Shown in pieces: positions 59,473 to 64,000 of a DNA stretch of 64,000 bases. The stretch is taken from NCBI GenBank assembly GCA_963826225.1, contig CAWGWF010000001.1:2483023-2547022 (forward strand), read 5' to 3'. A program made the position numbers and the translations under genes. The stretch is from an uncultured Chloroflexia bacterium. Its GTDB lineage: Bacteria; Chloroflexota; Limnocylindria; Limnocylindrales; CSP1-4. A model generated the notes under the pieces. It was not told the DNA's origin. It ran no database searches and saw nothing but the letters and a program-made list of their open reading frames with translations. How positions within the stretch are numbered: position 1 is the first letter of the stretch; the number at the start of each line of letters is the position of its first letter.

Positions 59473-60564
59473 TGACCGCGTCCCCCACCGTCGCCCCGTC
59501 CCGGCATGCCGCCCACCGGCATCGGCGAGACGTCCCGCCGGCGGGGTCGGCCCCGACGATGTCGTCGACGAGGAGCCGCCGCGGAGGCGGCGCCGCAAGC
59601 TGCTGCTCCTGCTGCTGTTCCTGCTCCTGGCGCTTCATGCTCCTGCTCGGCGCTGGCGATCTGGTACCTGCTCTTCCGGCAGCCGATCCCGGTCCCCGTG
59701 ATCCCGGGCGAGACGATCATGCCGGGCTACGTCACCTCCATGTACGGGGCGGACTCCGCCCGATGGGCGTCGCGGTGACCCCGGCCGGCGACCGCGTCTA
59801 CATCGGCGAGACCGAGGGCCCGCAGATCGCGCGGGTGTTCGACGCCGCGGGCAACCGAGCATCGGCCAGATGCAGCCACCGCTGTCGACCGGCAGCGACC
59901 ACGTCCCGGTCTACCTGGCGGCGGACCCGCTCACCGGGCGAGGTCTACGTCACCGATCGGCCCACCGGCGTCGATCTACATCTACGACGCCGACGGCGAC
60001 CTATCAGCGCACCGTCCGATCCGCGGCCCGACGTGAAGGGCTGGCAGCCCCTGGGCCTGACGTTCGACGCGGCCGGCAACCTGTACGTCACCGACTATCG
60101 GCGAGCGCCGCACCGGATGCTCGTGTTCGACCCGTGCGGGGACACGGTCCGGACCTCGGCGAGGACGCCGACCTCAACTTCCCGAACGGCGTGGCGGTCG
60201 AGACGGCCGGCAACGTGTACGTCACGGACAGCAACAACGGCCGCCTGCTCGTGTTCGACAGGACCGGCAACTCGTCGCCAGGTCGGCCGGGGCGCGGGCG
60301 AGGGCAATCTCGGCCTGCCGCGCGGCGTTGCGATCGACGGCCAGGGCCGCGTGTACGTCGGTGACACGACCGGCCATGCCGTCTTCGTGTACTCGACGTT
60401 CCAGGCGGGCGAGCGGCACGCCTCGAGTACCTGGGCTCCTTCGGCGGCCAGGGCATCGCCGACGGGAAGTTCATGTTTCCCCAACGGCAGTCACGGTCGA
60501 TGCCCGCGGCCGCATCTACGTGGCCGACTCCGGGAACGACCGGGTCCAGTTGTGGAGCTACTGA
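59472..60564 (+). pseudogene. NHL-repeat (six-bladed beta-propeller) protein, heavily frameshifted (at least six frame changes)
   Basis: NHL blades in alternating frames: GVAVTPAGDRVYIGETEG, GEVYVTDRPTGV, LGLTFDAAGNLYVTDY, PNGVAVETAGNVYVTDSNNGRLLVFD, PRGVAIDGQGRVYVGDTTGHAVFVY, AVTVDARGRIYVADSGNDRVQLWSY. Confidence 0.5.
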
Positions 60565-60668
60565 GCCCATGAGCAGCAGCAAGGGAGGTGAGCCGGAGGA
60601 GTGCATCGCCGCCGAACGGGCGGCCCACGTCCAATTCCCACAGTGAGAGAGAAAGGAGGTGAGGACAG

Positions 60669-62213
60669 TTGAGAAGGCTGATGCTGCTCATCGCAGCCGG
60701 TAGTCTCTGGCTGTTCCTTGCCGCAGTTCCCGCCCTCGCGGACGGTGGACCCCATGTGGCATCGATCAACAACGGCTCGACTTCGCTGACCGCGGATTCG
60801 TGCGCCGGGTGCCACCGGGCTCACACCGCGCAGGGCGCCATGCTCCTGACCGTTCCCGAGGAGGAGCTCTGCGAGTCGTGCCATGGTGACGCCGTTCCGG
60901 GCGCCACCACGGACGTCTGGTCGGGCGTCCAGTACGCCCTCGGGGCCGACGGCCTCCGCGACCAGGCCGCCACCCTCGGCGCGCTGCGCAGCGGTGGCTT
61001 CGAGAGCACCTTGATCGGAGACCCGGTCAAGAAGGTTGTAGGTACATCGACATACGCGAAGGTCACGGTCGGTGCATCCGCGCCGGTCACCTCCGCGCAC
61101 CTCGACATGACCGGCACCCTTGGACAGTTGAGCATCGCCTGGGGCAACGGCACTCCCGCCGACGGCGCAGGGCCGGCAGCGGCCATCGAGTGCACCTCGT
61201 GCCACAACGTCCACGGCAACGGCCAGTACCGCATCCTGAACCGCATCCCCGAAGGCGACGGCACCGACGACGCGTGGGTCGTGGACATCTACGACTTCAA
61301 CAACGGCGTCTACAAGTCCGCCGCGAGCCATGGCCTGCTCAACGGCGACACCGTCACCGTGGCCGGCAACAGCCTGGCTGGGGCCAACGTCACCGGCATC
61401 GTGACCATCGTCGATGATCCTGGCGACGCCGATCTCCTGGCCGACGACGACCTGTTCTTCACCGTGGCCGGAGCTCCCGCGACCGGCACGGGCACGGGTG
61501 GCACCGTTACCCGGAGCACTGCTGCCGGAGTCGGCGGCGTGAAGGTTACCGACTTCCCGCTGGCGACCGACATCCCCGACGGGGATGCTCGCAACTACAC
61601 CGTCATCCAGACACTCGCTTCGGCGCCCACGCTGCTGGCCAGCGAGGCCGAGACGTACGACCCGACCGACGGTGACTACTTCCACTACCGCATCCCGTGG
61701 GACGGCACTGGTGCCCTGAACACGGGCTACAACTACGATGCGCCGAACGCCCAGACCGGGACGGCCATCACCGTCAGCGGTCGATCGTCGATCGCGGTTG
61801 GCGACCGCTCGTTCAGCCAGGAGATCACCGCGTGGTGCACCTCCTGCCACACCCGCTACTGGGCGTGGTCGCAGCCGACGACGGACCCCAGCGACGGCAC
61901 CACCGGAGCGGCGTACAACACGCCGCGACCCGGCGACAACGTCTTCACGTACCAGCACCGGACCCGTGGCTCTTCGAACCGCGGGTGCAACACCTGCCAC
62001 GTCTCTCACGGCTCCAGCGCCGAGATGACCGGCTTCGCGGCCGACGTTCCGTTCCCCGGCGAGACGGCCGGATCGGACAACAGCCGGATGCTGAAGGTGG
62101 ACGACCGCGGGACGTGCCAGCTCTGCCACGACCCGACGGAAACCCTCACCTTGCTCGGTGATGGGCTCTATGGGCCGGACGGACCGATCACCACGGACCC
62201 CGGACGCCCCTGA
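60669..62213 (+). CDS. secreted hexaheme c-type cytochrome (six CxxCH motifs), paralog 1
   Basis: Signal peptide. CAGCH, CESCH, CTSCHNVHGNG, CTSCHTRY, CNTCHVSHG, CQLCHDP. TTG 60669 7 nt after AAAGGAGGTGA (alternative ATG 60681). Confidence 0.75.
   Translation: MRRLMLLIAAGSLWLFLAAVPALADGGPHVASINNGSTSLTADSCAGCHRAHTAQGAMLLTVPEEELCESCHGDAVPGATTDVWSGVQYALGADGLRDQAATLGALRSGGFESTLIGDPVKKVVGTSTYAKVTVGASAPVTSAHLDMTGTLGQLSIAWGNGTPADGAGPAAAIECTSCHNVHGNGQYRILNRIPEGDGTDDAWVVDIYDFNNGVYKSAASHGLLNGDTVTVAGNSLAGANVTGIVTIVDDPGDADLLADDDLFFTVAGAPATGTGTGGTVTRSTAAGVGGVKVTDFPLATDIPDGDARNYTVIQTLASAPTLLASEAETYDPTDGDYFHYRIPWDGTGALNTGYNYDAPNAQTGTAITVSGRSSIAVGDRSFSQEITAWCTSCHTRYWAWSQPTTDPSDGTTGAAYNTPRPGDNVFTYQHRTRGSSNRGCNTCHVSHGSSAEMTGFAADVPFPGETAGSDNSRMLKVDDRGTCQLCHDPTETLTLLGDGLYGPDGPITTDPGRP
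60741..60962 (+). repeat. 222-bp segment identical to 62436..62657 (5' regions of the two cytochrome genes)
   Basis: Direct comparison of the two gene 5' regions: exact identity over 222 bp, then divergence. Confidence 0.8.
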
Positions 62214-62223
62214 TCCTCAACTC

Positions 62224-62256
62224 CCCTGGCGGCCACCCTTGCGGGGGCCGCCAGGG
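62224..62256 (+). terminator. GC-rich stem-loop (11-14 bp stem) 10 nt after the cytochrome-1 stop
   Basis: CCCTGGCGGCC-acccttgcggg-GGCCGCCAGGG. No U-tract (common in high-GC genomes). Confidence 0.4.
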
Positions 62257-62315
62257 CCCTCACCGGAACTCGACGTTCTCGCAAGAACCGCAACCATCCC
62301 GACGAAGAACAGTCA

Positions 62316-63680
62316 ATGCGCCCCAGGAGCGATGCGATGACCAATGTCGCCAGAACCGCCGCCGCCAGGACGGCGGTTCTTGGCCCGCTACTCCTGATCG
62401 CCTGGCTCTTCCTCGCCGCGATCCCGGCCCTGGCGGACGGTGGACCCCATGTGGCATCGATCAACAACGGCTCGACTTCGCTGACCGCGGATTCGTGCGC
62501 CGGGTGCCACCGGGCTCACACCGCGCAGGGCGCCATGCTCCTGACCGTTCCCGAGGAGGAGCTCTGCGAGTCGTGCCATGGTGACGCCGTTCCGGGCGCC
62601 ACCACGGACGTCTGGTCGGGCGTCCAGTACGCCCTCGGGGCCGACGGCCTCCGCGACGACGCCACCCTCCTGGGTGCGCTTCGCGGCGGCGGCTTCGACC
62701 AGGCCCGGATCGCGGCCGACGACCCAGCACGACGATTCCAGTCAGGATCTGCCATCAACGTCTGGGCGAAGGTGACCGTTGGAACGGGCGCCGACGTCAC
62801 CTCCGCGCACTTGAACCTCGCGGACAACGCGCTCTCGGGCCCGACGGTGGCCTGGGGCAACGGCGCCATCCCGGGCGACGGGTCCCAGATCGGACCCGGG
62901 CCTTCCGTCTCCATCGGGTGCGGCACGTGCCACAACGTCCATGGGAACGGGAAGTACCGGATCCTGCAGACCATCCCGGGCGAGAACCTGACGGGCGGCT
63001 TCGTCGCCGTTGCCGCTCCCGGCGTCACGGTCACCGACAACCCGCTCGCCACCACGATCCCCGACGGGGACGCGCGGAACTACACCATCCTGCAGGTCCG
63101 GCCGGCGACCGGGGGCACGTACATGCTCCTCGCGAGCGATGTGCTGGACGCCCGGAAGCTGAACGACGGCAACCCCGCCACGAACCCGACCAAGACCTGG
63201 CCGGCCGGCGACTACACGGCCACCGGCGGCGACTACTGGCACGTCCGCGTGCCATGGAACAGCGCGACGAGCAACGCCGACGCGCCGAATGGCCTGCCGA
63301 GCGGCGTGAACGCCTTCAACGACCAGATGACCAGCTGGTGCGGCGCGTGCCACACGCGCTACATGGCGAACACTGGAACTCCCTGGATCGACGAGTCGGG
63401 CGATGACATCTTCAAGTACCGGCACCTGACCGGGGGGCGACTCGCCTGCACGACGTGTCACGTCTCCCATGGGTCGAACGCCCGGATGGCGGGCCCGAAC
63501 TCCCGCACCCAGCCGTTCCCGGATGGAACGGTCGTCAGCTATGACATCAACGGGGCCACCGGCGACAGCCGCCTGCTCAAGGTGGACGGCCGTGGCACCT
63601 GCCAGCTCTGCCATGACCCCACGGGGACGGTCACGGCAGGCACCTACACCGGACCCCCCACGGTCCCCGGCGTCCCCTGA
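62316..63680 (+). CDS. secreted hexaheme c-type cytochrome, paralog 2
   Basis: CAGCH, CESCH, CGTCHNVHGNG, CGACHTRY, CTTCHVSHG, CQLCHDP. The first ~75 mature residues are identical to paralog 1. Confidence 0.75.
   Translation: MRPRSDAMTNVARTAAARTAVLGPLLLIAWLFLAAIPALADGGPHVASINNGSTSLTADSCAGCHRAHTAQGAMLLTVPEEELCESCHGDAVPGATTDVWSGVQYALGADGLRDDATLLGALRGGGFDQARIAADDPARRFQSGSAINVWAKVTVGTGADVTSAHLNLADNALSGPTVAWGNGAIPGDGSQIGPGPSVSIGCGTCHNVHGNGKYRILQTIPGENLTGGFVAVAAPGVTVTDNPLATTIPDGDARNYTILQVRPATGGTYMLLASDVLDARKLNDGNPATNPTKTWPAGDYTATGGDYWHVRVPWNSATSNADAPNGLPSGVNAFNDQMTSWCGACHTRYMANTGTPWIDESGDDIFKYRHLTGGRLACTTCHVSHGSNARMAGPNSRTQPFPDGTVVSYDINGATGDSRLLKVDGRGTCQLCHDPTGTVTAGTYTGPPTVPGVP
62436..62657 (+). 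repeat. second copy of the 222-bp identical segment (see 60741..60962)
   Basis: As above. Confidence 0.8.
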
Positions 63681-63687
63681 GCCTATC

Positions 63688-63723
63688 GGCGTCGATGGCC
63701 TCCTCGTGATGGCCATCGACGCC
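63688..63723 (+). terminator. perfect 13-bp inverted repeat GGCGTCGATGGCC-N10-GGCCATCGACGCC 8 nt after the cytochrome-2 stop
   Basis: Read directly. Strong hairpin, no U-tract. Confidence 0.45.
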
Positions 63724-63749
63724 ACACCCAGACGAGCCAACGCGACCCC

Positions 63750-64000
63750 ATGAGCCACCAACTGCGTCCCGGCACCCGTCGCGCCGGCCCCATCTTCGGG
63801 GTCCTGCTCGTCGTGGTCGGCGCATTCGCCGCGCTCACGCCCGCCGTCCCCAGCGCTCGCGCAGTCGACCCGACCCCGTCCCCCGAGCCGACGGCCGCGC
63901 CCGATCCGACCCCCGCGCCCGATCCGACCCCCGCGCCCGATCCGACCCCAGTTCCGGATCCGACCCCCGCGCCCGATCCGACCCCCGCGCCCGATCCGAC
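63750..64000 (+). CDS. secreted protein with signal peptide and tandem PDPTPA repeats (partial, continues beyond the window)
   Basis: MSHQLRPGTRRAGPIFGVLLVVVGAFAALTPAVPSARA then (PDPTPA)n encoded by an 18-bp tandem repeat from ~63898 to the window end. Confidence 0.5.
   Translation, partial: MSHQLRPGTRRAGPIFGVLLVVVGAFAALTPAVPSARAVDPTPSPEPTAAPDPTPAPDPTPAPDPTPVPDPTPAPDPTPAPDP

Overview
High-GC (~72%) chromosomal window, probably a Gram-positive-type actinobacterium (LCP protein, GYD protein, leaderless hipB). High GC produces many long spurious ORFs on all six frames; those are not called. Supported content, in order: a frameshifted MFS gene, LCP-family protein, photolyase, P-loop kinase, DMT transporter, SbcC/SbcD-like repair pair, a selenocysteine locus (mobA-selB-selA-SAM methyltransferase on the minus strand, tRNA-Sec, selD with three frameshifts), CapA-like protein and DUF3160-like lipoprotein, four tandem MttB-superfamily methyltransferase paralogs behind a PotABCD-like ABC importer, two convergent formate-dehydrogenase-like clusters each with an in-frame TGA (selenocysteine) and an E. 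coli fdhF-like SECIS hairpin, NuoE/NuoF/GltD-type fusion flavoproteins, a GAF histidine kinase plus NarL-type regulator, three toxin-antitoxin modules (VapC/Phd, ParE/RHH, HipBA), a Rieske protein, frameshifted TPR and NHL genes, and two paralogous hexaheme c-type cytochromes followed by a Pro/Thr-repeat secreted protein. About 20 apparent frameshifts fall in eight genes while more than 40 kb of other coding sequence is intact, so they are either real pseudogenes or local assembly errors. No CRISPR array, transposase or rRNA was found. The most unusual systems are the MttB x4 plus importer island, the split and selenium-dependent FDH clusters, and the multiheme cytochrome pair.
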